DNA of 64,000 nucleotides from the human T2T-CHM13v2.0 reference genome, Homo sapiens: the NCBI RefSeq assembly GCF_009914755.1, contig NC_060929.1; one strand, written 5' to 3'. This document shows positions 42,201-56,000 of the stretch, in pieces. Position numbers and translations under genes: made by a program. Within the stretch, counting starts at the first letter, position 1, and every line of letters starts with the position of its first letter. The notes beneath the pieces were generated by a model. That model did not search any database. It was not told where the DNA came from and worked only from the letters and a program-made list of their open reading frames with translations.

Positions 42201-42490
42201 AAAAATGATATATGAGATCTAAAAGAGAGTAGCTGGAAAGGAAATATCCAGAGGGTGATCTGTCTATGAGACCAAGGAAGAAGCTGCAAGGCTCCTTCTG
42301 ACCTGGCCTCAAAATTCATATGTCATCCTTCCAGCCTCATTTTATTGATTTCAGGAGAGCCACTAAGGCCAGCACAGGTTCAAGAGAGAGACTCCACAAC
42401 TTGATCAGGGAGTGGCAAGGTCATATTGCAGAGGAGCCTGTAAGATATGGTATAGGAGTTTCAGCTGTCTTTGGAAAATGCAATGTGCAA
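42201..42490 (-). mobile_element. MaLR LTR (MLT1H-like), right part
   Basis: gaccaaggaagaagctgcaaggct...ctaaggccagcacaggttcaagag...gtggcaaggtcatattgcagaggagc...tttggaaaatgcaat. Confidence 0.75.
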
Positions 42491-42674
42491 GTTGTCTTTC
42501 TCACAACATATATTTATCAGGTTTTTAATTAAATTTTTAAGCCATAATTTATGTAAAAATCTGAGGATAAAAAATGTGCATATAAATGTAATAAACAAGT
42601 CTAAATATCTGTATATTTCTAAAGCACTGGTAGCTGGCTATGGTACTAAAAATGTATTCTCTGAAATCTGATAA

Positions 42675-42830
42675 ATCAGTTTGAATCCCAGTTTTGCCAC
42701 TCATTAGATGTAGGCATGGATAACTTTCTAAAATCATTGAAGCCTGATTTTTCGTTTACAAAATGGAGATGAAAATAATACACACTTCACACAATTATTA
42801 AGATAGAGTGATATATTGCATTTAAACCAT
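42675..42830 (+). mobile_element. MIR fragment
   Basis: gtttgaatcccagttttgccactcattag...tacaaaatggagatgaaaataatacacacttcaca. Confidence 0.7.
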
Positions 42831-43351
42831 ACAACTATCAGGCTATCCAAAAATGTCCGTTGTCTATATGGGTGTAGGCTTTGTCTGTGATGATGAAATA
42901 GGAATGCAGACATTTCTACAGATAAATCAATAAAAGTATTGAATTGGTATAATTCATGACAAATGTTCTAAAGTAGTACAATGCTTTATTTTAATACTTA
43001 ATATTAAAATTGCAATGTCAATTTTTCTGAGATTTATTGAAGCCTTTAGTAGTATGATGAATCTTCAAATCATGTAGTTCTGTGTATACAGACTACATTT
43101 ATTGTCCCATCCAGAGCTATTAAGTCAATATTCATCTGTTTAATGACTATTGTTTAAGCCAGGCCCTAGTGATACACTGACAATCAAGGCAGTCTTTAAA
43201 AAAACAAAAACAACAACAAAACAAAAGCAAAAAACCGAGTTTATAAATTGTGAGAAGAAGAATTAACTCTTCTATATGGGAATGGGTATTAATTCTGTTA
43301 TATAGGAATGATTAGGAGGGATTAAGATGAAGGGGCTAACAGATATAAGAA

Positions 43352-43500
43352 AACTCATTCACTCATCACTAGATATTTAAGTGAGTGACCATTATAATGC
43401 AGACTATGTGGTAGACAATAGAATATAAAGATGATCAAGGCACAATCCCTACTTTAAAGGAGTTCGCCTATGAGGAAAACTGATACATTGAAAGATAATT
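43352..43500 (-). mobile_element. L2 3' end
   Basis: cattcactcatcactagatatttaagtgagtgacca...aaggcacaatccctactttaaaggagttc. Confidence 0.65.
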
Positions 43501-43515
43501 CTAAAGCAAAATTTT

Positions 43516-43735
43516 AGTCAATAATAACTTAATTGTACATTTTAAAATAATTTAAAGAGTGTAATTGGATTGTTTGTAAATCAAAGGATAAATGCCTGAG
43601 GGGATGGATACCTCATACCTCCATGATGTGTTAATTTCACACTGCATTCCTGTATGAAAACATCTCATGTACTCCATAAATATATATATCTACTATGTAC
43701 CCACAAAAATTATAAAGAAATAAATAAGTAAAAAT
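43516..43735 (+). mobile_element. L1MA-type 3' end
   Basis: aataataacttaattgtacattttaaaataa...ggataaatgcctgaggggatggatacc...tactatgtacccacaaaaatt. Confidence 0.9.
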
Positions 43736-43934
43736 AGTAGTGTGCCCAAGTCAGGTTATGTGGTGAAGGCTTCCTGTAAGAGGTGATGCGGAAATTTGGT
43801 ATCCAGCACGATTATGAAGTAATTTGATGAAATCAAGTAGGAGAGAGGAGTGGGGGGAAAAGGTCATAAAACTTTCTTTCTTTGAAGGTTTCCTCTGAAA
43901 TTGTGCTACTTGTCTGCATAAACATGATAGAGTA

Positions 43935-44355
43935 TGTGGTGGACATTTTGCCCAGATCATGAAGTTTTACCCAGGTCATCTTCCAGAGAAGTACTCTTGT
44001 CCAGATACTGGGTATGCTATTGACAGGTAACCTTTAGCCATCAGCCCCTTCTAGAAATTGCCTCAGCTAGGCAGAGTCACCTCATCCAAGGTCAGTCATG
44101 GAAAGCCAACATCCATGACTGATGAGGGCTTGTGTATAAAGACTTGGCCATTTTTGCCCACATGAGGGAACACTGAAGGGCCATTTCAGCTCCAGAGCTC
44201 CCATTGAGAAGGCTGACCTTGGGTCTATGATGCAGTTCAACTTCTCTCTGCTTCTTTCCTTCCCTTTCACAGCTATTGATCTCAAGAGTTCTCCTTAATC
44301 AATATCCTCCACCTCTGCCTTTGATTCTGCTTCCTGGGAAACCCAACCTATGACA
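43935..44355 (+). mobile_element. ERVL solo LTR (LTR16C-like)
   Basis: TG...CA ends; aattgcctcagct...gaagggccatttcagctccagagctccc...tctgcttcctgggaaacccaacctatgaca. Confidence 0.8.
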
Positions 44356-45863
44356 TTATGTTAAATAGAATAAATTTCAAGAAATTTAATTGTAAATTTT
44401 TCTTTGTCTACTGGATCCTTATAATATGAGCATTTCCCTCACTTTGTGTTTTTAATAGACTACTCAAATATTAGTCACATCAGTCTTCATTGTAAAAATA
44501 ATTACTCAAATTTGGTTGAAAAATATTACTTAGAAAGCACAGCAGTAAGCTGAGTTTTAGTCATGAATCTCTCATCTATTTATCATTTGATCATATTTTT
44601 GGATAGCTGCTTGCCAAAGCTAAAAATTTTAATCAGAGCCATTTTTGAGTAGGAAAAGCAGAAAGGATGCCTTTGAAAGCAATAATTCTTTTTTTGTTCT
44701 TTTTACTCTTATACAATTTAAAAATAGTCAACTGGATTTTAAAATTTTAAATTGATAAATAAAACTGCATTTGATCCTTGCCAAGTTGACTCATATATTT
44801 TATGGATGAAATTAGATTAATTAAGATACTATAAATTCCATGAAGTTATTTATTTTACTCTTCAGTTGAATAGCAAATATTAACTTCGGTTACACAATGA
44901 ACATGAGAGAGAATTATCTTGAGAGGTTTTACAATATTTATTATGATAATTTGTTTTGTTGCATTTACATAATATTTTAAAATACTGTGTAGTCTTACAG
45001 CCCAATCCTTCCATGCATACTCACAATTAGGGCTTGTTTCTTGATGCCGGTATGTAATCATTTGTCCCTTATACTCCAATAAAAATACAGTGGAAGAAGC
45101 ACAGCTCTTTGGCTTTGCTATGTTTCTTTTGGTTGCTATTGAGGTGGCCCTCATTTTTCCTTCCTTCTTTGCGTTAGTCTTTTCTAAAATAATCACAGAG
45201 TCCATGTGAAGGACAATAACAACAATAATAATAGCTAATATTTGCTGAATTCACACTATATGCTTATCATGGCTCTAATTCCTTCACATGTATCAATTTA
45301 TTTAAGTCTCATAATAAAACTTTGGCGTTATTATTTTCCCCGTTTTAAAGAAAATAGACAACCCTTATCTAGAATGAGGGAGAACTGCTATAAAACGTTG
45401 TACATCATGATTACTTCTATTTTGGGGATTACGTATAACTTCTAGCTGTTAATCAAATGAGAAGCATAGCTTGTGCGTCTGTTAGGGGAGGTAAAAAAAA
45501 CAGAAAATTAATATAAATGTTTCAACCTCTTCTGAATATGACGTAAGGAATTTATAAAGGAAGAAACTGAATCACAAAGTGGCAGATGTTTTCCTGAGAT
45601 CTCTTTAATATGAAGAATAGTATAGTTAAGCATGGTTATGTGTGTTTATGTTTCTGTGCTTGGGGAATGCTTAAAAATGGAGAAGGAATTCATCAAATTG
45701 TCCAAGTAGCTGCCCATGGGTACTGGAGAATGGAGTAGGTTCTCATTTATCTAATTTTCACACTTTCCAATTTTCTATAAAGAACACGTATTATGTATTT
45801 GAAATACTGAATTTGAAAGAATGTTAAATGCCAAAACCCTACTTCCATAAATATTTATCTGAT

Positions 45864-45958
45864 ATTTGATGTTATTTCCCTCCTATATGTAAAATTTTAC
45901 ATAGTTAAGTTTATGAATTATATTTGCTTTCAAAACTCATTTTTCAATTAAACATTAT
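45864..45958 (+). repeat. 95-bp dispersed direct repeat, copy 1
   Basis: Aligns without gaps to 47342-47436 with 6 mismatches. Confidence 0.92.
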
Positions 45959-47341
45959 TTATTTATTTATCTATTATCTATATTGTGACAAACAACTATT
46001 GCCCTGATTCCTCACATCCAAAGAGTAACTCCCTTCTCTCACCCTATAGGATTATAGGACTGTGTATGTCCTACACACACATTATATGTCCTACACGCAC
46101 AGTGATGAGGAGTGACAAAATGAAGACTCCAGAATCCTCTTTATCAGATCCTGAATGTGGTAGGAAATGTTAGGCCTCTAATGCATTTATATACTTTCAT
46201 AGTTATTCATATTTTAATTGGGAAGTTAATATTACTAGTATTGTTAATGTATAATTTAAAGTCTCATTATAATGCAATTTTCTCATGCCTTTTTTTTAGC
46301 ACTTTCTGAAGTGAAGTCCACTATGTGCTGGGCACACAGAGAATAGAGCATGAAACAAAAGCAACATGACCCTGCCCTCACCAAGACTACAGGGAGTGAT
46401 GGAGCATACAACTTTGTTTCAGAATGCAATTCAGATCTTCCCTTTCGCTTGGCTTCTTAAAACTTCTTTTGAGGATGGTAAAATTTCGTGTTATATTAAA
46501 TTTCATCCTGTAACTGATACTCTGGGATGATGTTGGCCAATAACTAGCAAGACTTTAAATAATCAACTAGTTTAGGCATTGCTTAGCACGCTCCAGCTGA
46601 CTTCACAAGTAAAACCATGTGAAGAAAGAAGGTTTTCAGGTAACACAGATGGAGGTGATGATCTTTCTCATTTTGTGGAAAATATTAATTTCTCATTTTT
46701 TATTCACTGACAATTAGTAAAATTCCTTACTCTACCTAATATGTAGACTTCTGAACTATGTAAGTAAAACTTTATAGTAACTGAAAAGTTTGGGTATTGT
46801 ATTTTCTTGGAGAAAATGTTAGCTTCCCTCTGTTACTTTTAAATGTTAAACTTTTAATGAATTTCATCAATGTATAATAATGGGCATAATGATCCACTCT
46901 GAAATATTTACTGTCATTTTGAATTTATTCTTGAGTCATCACAAACGTGTACATCTCTTATACCTTCATGGATGTTATTGGTGAGATGATCTCTTGTTGT
47001 CAACACCTTGAGGATAGGGACTTATTCAGGCTCGCCTCTAGCAAGTGCTAAGTGCCTGGGAACACATAATAAATATTTCATGATAGGAGGATGTTAGAAT
47101 AAGAGGAAAAACCAGATTCTTACCCAAATAAATAATATTTATTATATTCTTATTTGTATATCATTGTAACTGTAAAAAAAAGTTGCCTAGGGATTTGTTT
47201 TATTTGTACAAATACTTGTTTTTTGTATGTAAGAGTGCCAAATATAAAACTGCATAACATTTAGAAATTACAGAAATGTGTATATATTTATATAGAGACA
47301 AGAAAAATAAAATTTTCATTCTATCATATAGAAATAACTAC

Positions 47342-47436
47342 ATTTGAAGTTATTTCCCTCCTATATGTAAACTTTTACATAGTTAAGTTTATACAATATA
47401 TTTGCTTTCAAAACTCATTTTCCAATTAAACATTAT
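47342..47436 (+). repeat. 95-bp dispersed direct repeat, copy 2
   Basis: atttgaagttatttccctcctatatgtaaac...caattaaacattat; offset 1478 from copy 1. Confidence 0.92.
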
Positions 47437-47673
47437 ATCCATTAGAATGTTCATGACATCCTTTATTTATGCCTTAAAATTTTTTTAAATACGGTAATGT
47501 ATATGTCTACAACCATTTCTGTTATCTAAAATGTGGGGCTATTATTAATAATAGTAATTGCAGTCATTTCCAGAGAGAGTTTGTTCTGTGCTAGACATTG
47601 TGTACTTTTTACAACTAATTTGTTAGGCTAGTTACTACATTTAATTTCAAGTGAAAGAGTTTAACAGAAGTTA

Positions 47674-48003
<330 letters not shown>

Positions 48004-48087
48004 TTAAACGTGTTTCATAGTGGAGTCAGAATTTGAACACAGGCTTTACCTCATTCTCAATATCAGTCTATTAACCACTTTGCTGTT

Positions 48088-48155
48088 TTTGCTCCATATT
48101 ACATATATCATGATATGTAAAATATTTGCTCCATATTACATATATCATGATATGT
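48088..48155. repeat. 31-bp perfect duplication, period 37
   Basis: tttgctccatattacatatatcatgatatgt at 48088-48118 and 48125-48155. Confidence 0.93.
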
Positions 48156-48619
48156 CGATAAAAATCTTTGTGGTATAGGCTTTGCACACATTTTCGATTA
48201 TATCCTGAGATATATTGTCAGAAATAGAATTACACATTCAAAGGGTGAACCCTTATTTGAGGCTTTTAATACATTTGTTCAAATTATTTTCAAAGTGTGT
48301 TCATCATATTCACATTGCTATCCCAGTGTAGTGGATCTTAGTATTGGTTATTTTCACTGTATTTGATATTTGTTAATTAGATAGGACAAAATGTATTTTA
48401 TGGATTTAACTTTCATATTTTTAAAAAAATTTTAGACATATCAAATATCTTTAATTTATAAATTAGCTATTTGTATTGTTTCTTGTTTGACTATTTTGTT
48501 ATACCGCTTAGTTTGTTTTTTGCTCAGGTACTAGTGTTAATCCTACTGACCTTTAAACTCTTGATATATTTAGGAAGTTACCTTTTGTTGATATGTTTAT
48601 TAACAAACTTTTATATACC

Positions 48620-48803
48620 CATTCCTAGATGTCAAGTACAGTTCAGGCCACCTTATATTTATTCCTCATAATTACCCTTGCAGGTAGGTACTATCATTAT
48701 CCCCATTTTTACAGGTGAGGAAACTGAAGCACAGACAGAGTACATAACTTTCCTCAGGTCACAGAGCTAGTAAGTACGGAAGTCAAACACTGCCAGGCTG
48801 GCT
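48620..48803 (-). mobile_element. MIR
   Basis: aggtaggtactatcattatccccatttttacaggtgaggaaactgaagcacaga...aggtcacagagctagtaagt. Confidence 0.88.
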
Positions 48804-48961
48804 TGATCAATCGTGACTAAGTATGTCTTGCAAATATTTCCCAAACTTTACACTTTCTGTTCTATTTGGTTTATTATTACATGTATTACAAACTAGGTTT
48901 CATATAATCAAATCCATTGATTTTAAAATACTTTCTTTTCGGTATACAGATTATTTCTCAA

Positions 48962-49277
<316 letters not shown>

Positions 49278-50149
49278 TTATATGGGAAGGTAAGCAAACA
49301 ACTACACAAAGACATTTTGTCAGGTATGGTTTATGTCATTATTGTTTAGAATAGCAAAACATTCAGAAGCAACTTAAATGTCCATCCACTGAGGTGTGAT
49401 TAAATATATCATGATACATTCATACACAGATCTTATGCAGTCACAAGGATGAGAAAGCTGAATATATATTTCTATTGACACAATTTAGTCACTGCATATT
49501 GATAAAAAGGAATGCTTTTGAAATAGAAGCTCACCTATGTTTTAAAAACATATGTGTTGTAAATACATGTTTACCTCAATCTATTCATATATGAGTAGAA
49601 GTTCGTGCTTGGCTGCTTATCTCTTTTTGAAAACATTTTTAACTGAGAATGGATTACTGGTGAAAAAATACTTTTTCCAAAAAATTTAAGGGCTGAATTC
49701 TAGCCCTAACTTTCACTAATGCACATGGCTCTTTGATTAAAATCAAGAAACACTCTTATTTTTTTAAGAAAAGGCTTTCTTTACTAAGAGATCAAATAAA
49801 TATTCACTTTCTGGCTGATAGTTTTTCTGAAATACACATGATTGCTATTTTAAAAATATCTTTTTGTGTCTCTTTAGATATCTCTTAATGCACTCTAGGT
49901 GTCAAATATGAGCAATCTGTTTGTAGGAGAGAATGGCTCCTTGCTCCAATAGGTAGATCTCTCTAAGAATCCTCCTAACACACTATTGTTAACTTATAAA
50001 TATGCTCAGGCACATAATAGGTACTTAGTAAATATATGTTGACTCTTGAATGAAGAGCTGATTGGAGTAATGAAAACAGCCTGTGTTAGTACCCTGACCG
50101 AAGTTTAGACTTAATCCCCATATAGATAATTTCAGAAATACATTCTTAG

Positions 50150-50450
<301 letters not shown>

Positions 50451-50494
50451 TATATATATATATATAATTGGAATAATTATGAAACATGTACATA

Positions 50495-50605
50495 CATGCA
50501 CCAAAATGTAAGCTTGATGGTAAAGATATTTATTGATTAGTCACTGCTGTATCATTAGGACCGAGGTCACTGTCTGACAATAGATACTCAATAAATATTG
50601 TTTAA
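50495..50605 (+). mobile_element. L2 3' end
   Basis: aaatgtaagctt...tcactgctgtatc...tagatactcaataaatattgtt. Confidence 0.65.
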
Positions 50606-50932
50606 AAAAGTAAATTAATAGTTTACATGCTATATAAAATAACCCGCTTATGTAAAATAAACCATTTTTTCAAATTACTAGAAAGTAAGGTTAGTTTTAT
50701 TATAATTATCTCACAGGTTACTAAACTAAAACTGATAGAATTTAAGTAACTTGCCCAAGCTTTTACAGTTGGGAAATGCTAGATCTGGGATCTAAAGCTC
50801 CTGGGATCTAAGTGTGATCTTAGAGTTCATGTAAGCAAGCTGTACATCCTTTCTTTACATACCACTCTGGGGCTGTGAGGAAAAAGAGACTATAATAAAT
50901 ATTTTGCACTGTTTTATTGCTACTCAAATGTC

Positions 50933-51320
50933 CTTTCATTCATTCATTTAGCAAATCTTCATGGAATGCTTACCATGTGTCTTTTTTAGAAACTGGGATT
51001 GGATTACAATGGTTGAAAAAAAAAATAGGTGAAGTTCCCCATTCTAATGGGGAAGGAAAGAAACAACAAATGTGCCAACTAGGGACTAAAAAAGGTAATT
51101 TAAAAATCTGATGATTGTTCTGAGGAACCTTTAAATGGGTTGATCAAGGATGGCTCCAAGAAGGGAAAATTCTCCACTGGAAGCTCTGGGACAGACTGTT
51201 AGAGGCAGGACCAAATAGCAAGGGCAATAAACCCAGTGTGTTTGAGTATTTTGAAATGGCTGGTGTGCCTGGAACATAGTGAACCGGGGGAAGTGGGAGC
51301 CAGATGGCAAGTCCTTCAAA
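50933..51320 (-). mobile_element. L2 fragment
   Basis: ttcattcattcatttagcaaatc...aatgcttaccatgtgtc...ggctggtgtgcctggaacatagtga. Confidence 0.65.
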
Positions 51321-51559
51321 GTCATTTTTATTTATTTGCAATACTTAAAGCTTCCAGAGAATGGGTGTTTGATTTGGGCATTTTAAGCTGATTTAAGCCT
51401 ACTGAGCAACAATTAAAAATCATTTAACCTCTCTACCCAAACATTTGAGTTATTTCAATTTTCAATGATGCTTTAAAATATGAAGAGGAAAAATAGAGAT
51501 AGTATAAGTTAACATTATGAACCCTGTGAAAGAAGAATTCAAAATAAATCACTAGGGAT

Positions 51560-51733
51560 GTTAGACTGGCTAAAGAAAAGGTTGCTTAATACTGGCATTG
51601 GCTTTCAAGAGAAATCATGGAATCTCCCCTCTGGAGATAGTTTAAAATAGGATTAGATATATTCACTCAGTGCAGCCTTGCCTGAAAGCTCCATTGACCT
51701 CCCAAGGTCTTGCCAGTCCTGTGATTCTGTGAT
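51560..51733 (+). mobile_element. L3/CR1 LINE 3' end remnant
   Basis: tggaatctcccctctggagat...aggattaga...tgacctcccaaggtcttgccagtcctgtgattctgtgat resembles the CR1 terminus. Confidence 0.65.
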
Positions 51734-52264
51734 AAAATTAGACCCTTTCATTGGACAAAAACAACCCAGGGTTCACCATGCCAGCTGCAACCTGGAATAA
51801 TTGGAAGGAACTGATTTTGGAGTAGTATACCTCCTAGAGTTGAGACAAGATGCAATTAACAGATCCCCAAACCTCTCCTATTTCATGCTGTACTGAGTAC
51901 TCTGCTGGTTCTCAGCCAATAATGGCTGGTATCAATGATACAAGCAAAGTCAAATGGTCTGATCCATGATTAAATAGTAGATGTCTTTATTAGCTGCTGA
52001 CCTTGCTTTGAACAGTATGGCTTCAAGAATTGTGTGCCTATTAGCTGATTCTTTAATCCCTGAAAATAGAAACCAGATGAATCCAATAATGCATTTTTAT
52101 TTGGCCTCTTTTCCACCATTCTCAAGACGAAATAACTCAAGTTCCTATGCCATGAGCCTTAACCTCATTAAGCAACTCAGCTCAACAGTTCAGATACTTA
52201 ATCTGCAATATTTACCCATTGCATTTTCTCATTTAACAATCACTGCTTTGAAGAAAAATTCAAG

Positions 52265-52265
<1 letters not shown>

Positions 52266-52294
<29 letters not shown>
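52266..52294. repeat. (TA)n microsatellite
   Basis: Read directly. Confidence 0.95.
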
Positions 52295-52295
<1 letters not shown>

Positions 52296-52334
52296 TTCTT
52301 TTTTGTTTTTTCCTGACATTCTCATTTAGAGGCA

Positions 52335-52532
52335 AATAGGCAGTGACTAGAGCACAACTCTGGAGTGAGGCAGACCTGGGGTTAAAGCTGTCTCCTTGTG
52401 ACCTAGAATGTAATTATTAACTTGAAGAAGTTTCCAATCTCTGAGGCTTGCTTTATTTATCTATGTATTAGGGATAATCTTATTACCCACCTCATGGACT
52501 TGATATTAGGATTAAATTAGCTAATATATAAT
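52335..52532 (+). mobile_element. MIR
   Basis: agagcacaactctggagtgaggcagacctggggtt...acctcatggacttgatattaggattaaattagctaatata. Confidence 0.75.
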
Positions 52533-52970
52533 AACATACTTCTCTTTCTTCATCTTCTACATTCTTCTTTATCCCATCTCTGATGATTATGTTTTCTTGC
52601 TTACTGTTTTTTCTTTCACTTCCCACCTTCACCATCTGCTAACACACACACACAAATACACACAAATCCAGATGTGAGTCCATGACAACAGGGACCCTCT
52701 GACAGTGCCTACAAAGAGTTACACATAAATATCCCTTGACATACATTTGTGGGGTAAAGGAAAGCATCAAACATTTTGCACACTGGTACCTGGTATATGA
52801 TGAGCATTCTATGAAAGGTTAACTGATTTTTTTTTCTTAGAAATAACAGATTCAGCTATATCTATCAGTTTATTTTGTCATCTGAAGCAGCCTGCTGTCA
52901 AGAGGAAAGTGAGAGGAACATGCACAGTGGACAGAACTTGGTTCTGGCTTTGTAACAATAACGTTACTGT

Positions 52971-53255
52971 ATTTTATTTATTTTTTGAGACAGAGTCAGT
53001 CGGTCGCTCAGGCTGGAGTGACATCATGGCTTACTGCAGCCTCAACCTCCTGGGCTCAAGTGATCCTCCCATCTCAACCCTATGAGTATCTGAGACTACA
53101 AGCATGCACCACCATGCCTTGCTAATTAAAAAAAAAATTATTTGTAGATAGGGGGTTTCCTTTTATTGCCCAGGCTGTTCTTCAACTCCTTGAACTTCTC
53201 TTGCCTCAGACTCCCAGAGTACTGGCATTAGAGGCATGAGCCACCATGCTCAGCC
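52971..53255 (-). mobile_element. AluJ-type, full length
   Basis: ctgcagcctcaacctcctgggctcaagtgatcctccc (J diagnostic); degenerate TSD acaataacgt / acaataatgt. Confidence 0.92.
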
Positions 53256-54204
53256 ACAATAATGTAATTTTGGACAAGCCATTGCATCTCTTTGGTTTCC
53301 TTCCATATGTGAGATTTCATATTCTTATTACTATTGCAACTGATTTTTATGCAACTGCACATTATAATCCTTAGTAAAAGGGGTATAAGAGACTAAAGAA
53401 AACATGTAGTTATGCTATTAAATGCTCTCAGAACCATCCCCTCACATTCTGAGTATCCTCAGTTAACTTCATTGTAGAATGAGGAAATCAGGAAACAGAG
53501 AGATTGAAGAATGCATAAGTATATGAAACATTCCCAGTGAGTATTTTCACTACTTTCCTATTTACCTAGTCACAATCCACAAAACACAAAAGAGGAGAAC
53601 CCTCAAGCTTGGATCAGCAGGGAGAACTGAGCAGCTTTGTGTTCGTTCTTGGATATATTTGTCTTTCTTGCAAGCCAAAATACCTCCATGTTTGTGTTCT
53701 AGAGCAAATGTTTCTTTAGTCTCTTTCATAGAGTTCCCTTTTCTTCTTTATTTACTTTACTTATTCATCATGTCCATAATGTACATTCAGACCTCAAGTA
53801 TTGGCTAGGACAAGGCTGGGGAGGAAAGCACTTCGTGGCATGAGGTTCACATTTTTGAAAGGAGGATCATAGGACCCTGGAGATTTAGACGTTAACACAG
53901 CTCCTTTCCATTTTAAATTGTAAATATTTATGCAAATTCAAGATGAAAGAATATATGCTAGTTTGTCTTTAAACAAGTAAATATCTGAAAAGCTTAAGAA
54001 GGTGGGATGGATGCTCATGAAAGGGAAAGGAAAAAGGCAAAAGGGCGGAAGAAAGACGAGAAAATGAAAGACAGAAAGAATGTGTAAAACAGGAAGAATG
54101 TGAAAGACAAAATGAAAAGACTTCTCAAACTCAAAATGGCAAGCAATATGATCAACAGGTAGAACTAATAACTAGAAAAGCTGCTTTAAGGGCAAAGTTT
54201 TTAA

Positions 54205-54519
<315 letters not shown>

Positions 54520-54934
54520 CAAGTTTTTAATAATTTTTTGAAACTTTTTTTTTTTCAGAATTTAGAACTTGGATGGTGATTTGATTGGGGAGATGTTTTG
54601 AAAAGGGAAAAAAAAATGAATAGTAGAAATGTCTAAAGATGCTGATTAAGAGGAACAACAAAGCCAGATGGCATAAATGGCATCTTTAGGAATTTTGTGG
54701 CATAAGAAGCTATGCTAAAAAGTTCCCCTCTGTCCTGAATGTGGTGCAGTCACACACTGAGCATGCTCTGTGTCCTTAGTTAGCCACATGAACTCACTTA
54801 ATGTGCTCGACCTTAAAACCTCTACCTTTGTCTTAGCGATTTAGACTGTTTGTTTTTTAGCTGTTTTCAGTACTTCATCAAGCTGATTTTGTTGCCCTTT
54901 TAGAAATCTTAATCAGTAAAAGTTGTCTTCTTTG

Positions 54935-55250
54935 TAAAACAGTTATGGCATATCTATACTCTAGAATTTTAAGCAGCCATTAAAAAGAATGAGGATATCT
55001 ACATGTATTGAACTTAGATTAGGTTAAAATATCAACTTGCAGAATAATTGGTACAAACCTATTTTGGTTACTAACAGTAACATGTATATATTTGTATCAT
55101 TATAGCAAGAGGTAGAAAAAAATACACATAAACTACTAGCTTTAGTTTTCTGCAAGACAGAGAGGGTGTAGAAAGCAAAGGGATTATTAATTTTTTTCTT
55201 CATATTTCTACATTGTTTATTTGTTATAATAATCATGCATCGCTTTTGTT
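54935..55250 (+). mobile_element. Old L1M(E) 3' fragment
   Basis: ttatggcatatctatact...gcagccattaaaaagaatgagg. Confidence 0.55.
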
Positions 55251-55419
55251 GTTAAGATAATAATGTGGAAAACTATTTAAAGACTTCCTTACAGTTATTA
55301 TGTAGGACTATCCCTTTATAAGAACTAATATTTTATGGGAATTATTTGGAATATCATTCATAGTTATTCCCTAAATAATTATCATGCTAGATATTTACTC
55401 CATGCATGCTTTAAACACT

Positions 55420-56000
55420 GAGTCAGATGCTGCAAACTGTCTATTCAATAACCATTCTGCCATTTTCCTTACTATATGAAAGCTTATAATAGTCTCAGAG
55501 GCAACATGGCCAGCATAAAAGTAGAACAACAGAACAGAATGAAACATAAGAAAACAGAAACAAACAAGTAGAAGCTCAAATATCCACACAACTAAAAGTG
55601 GCGATGATAATAAAATCTGGCTCTGGTGACATAAGCGGAAGTTGTTGTGTGGAACGTGCAGGAGGACTCCTTCAAAAGGAATATGGACAGGGAGTGCACA
55701 CTTTTCCAGCCTTCTTGTCTCATTCCTTCTTGCTGCCAGGAACAATGACATGAGAACTGGAGCGCTAACAGCCATTCAGATCATGAGGCAACATTAAGGA
55801 TGAAAACCACACACTGAGGATGATGGAGCAGAAAAAACGGAGAGAAGGAGATTTTCTGACCATCCCATGGTGCCAGTTGACACACCTGGACTGCCTACTT
55901 CTGACTCTCTTGTATTTGAAATAATACATTTTGTTGTGTTTAATCACTACTATTTTGGATTTTCTGTTGTATGCAGCTGAATTTAGTTCTAATTGATGTA
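55420..56000 (+). mobile_element. MaLR LTR (MLT1J-like)
   Basis: cagccattcagatcatgagg...ctgaggatgatggagcagaaa...cctggactgcctacttctgact...atgcagctgaatttagttctaattgat. Confidence 0.8.

Noticed and set aside
55395-55775. 126-aa ORF
   Set aside because: It lies antisense within the MLT1J-like LTR and has no recognisable domain.
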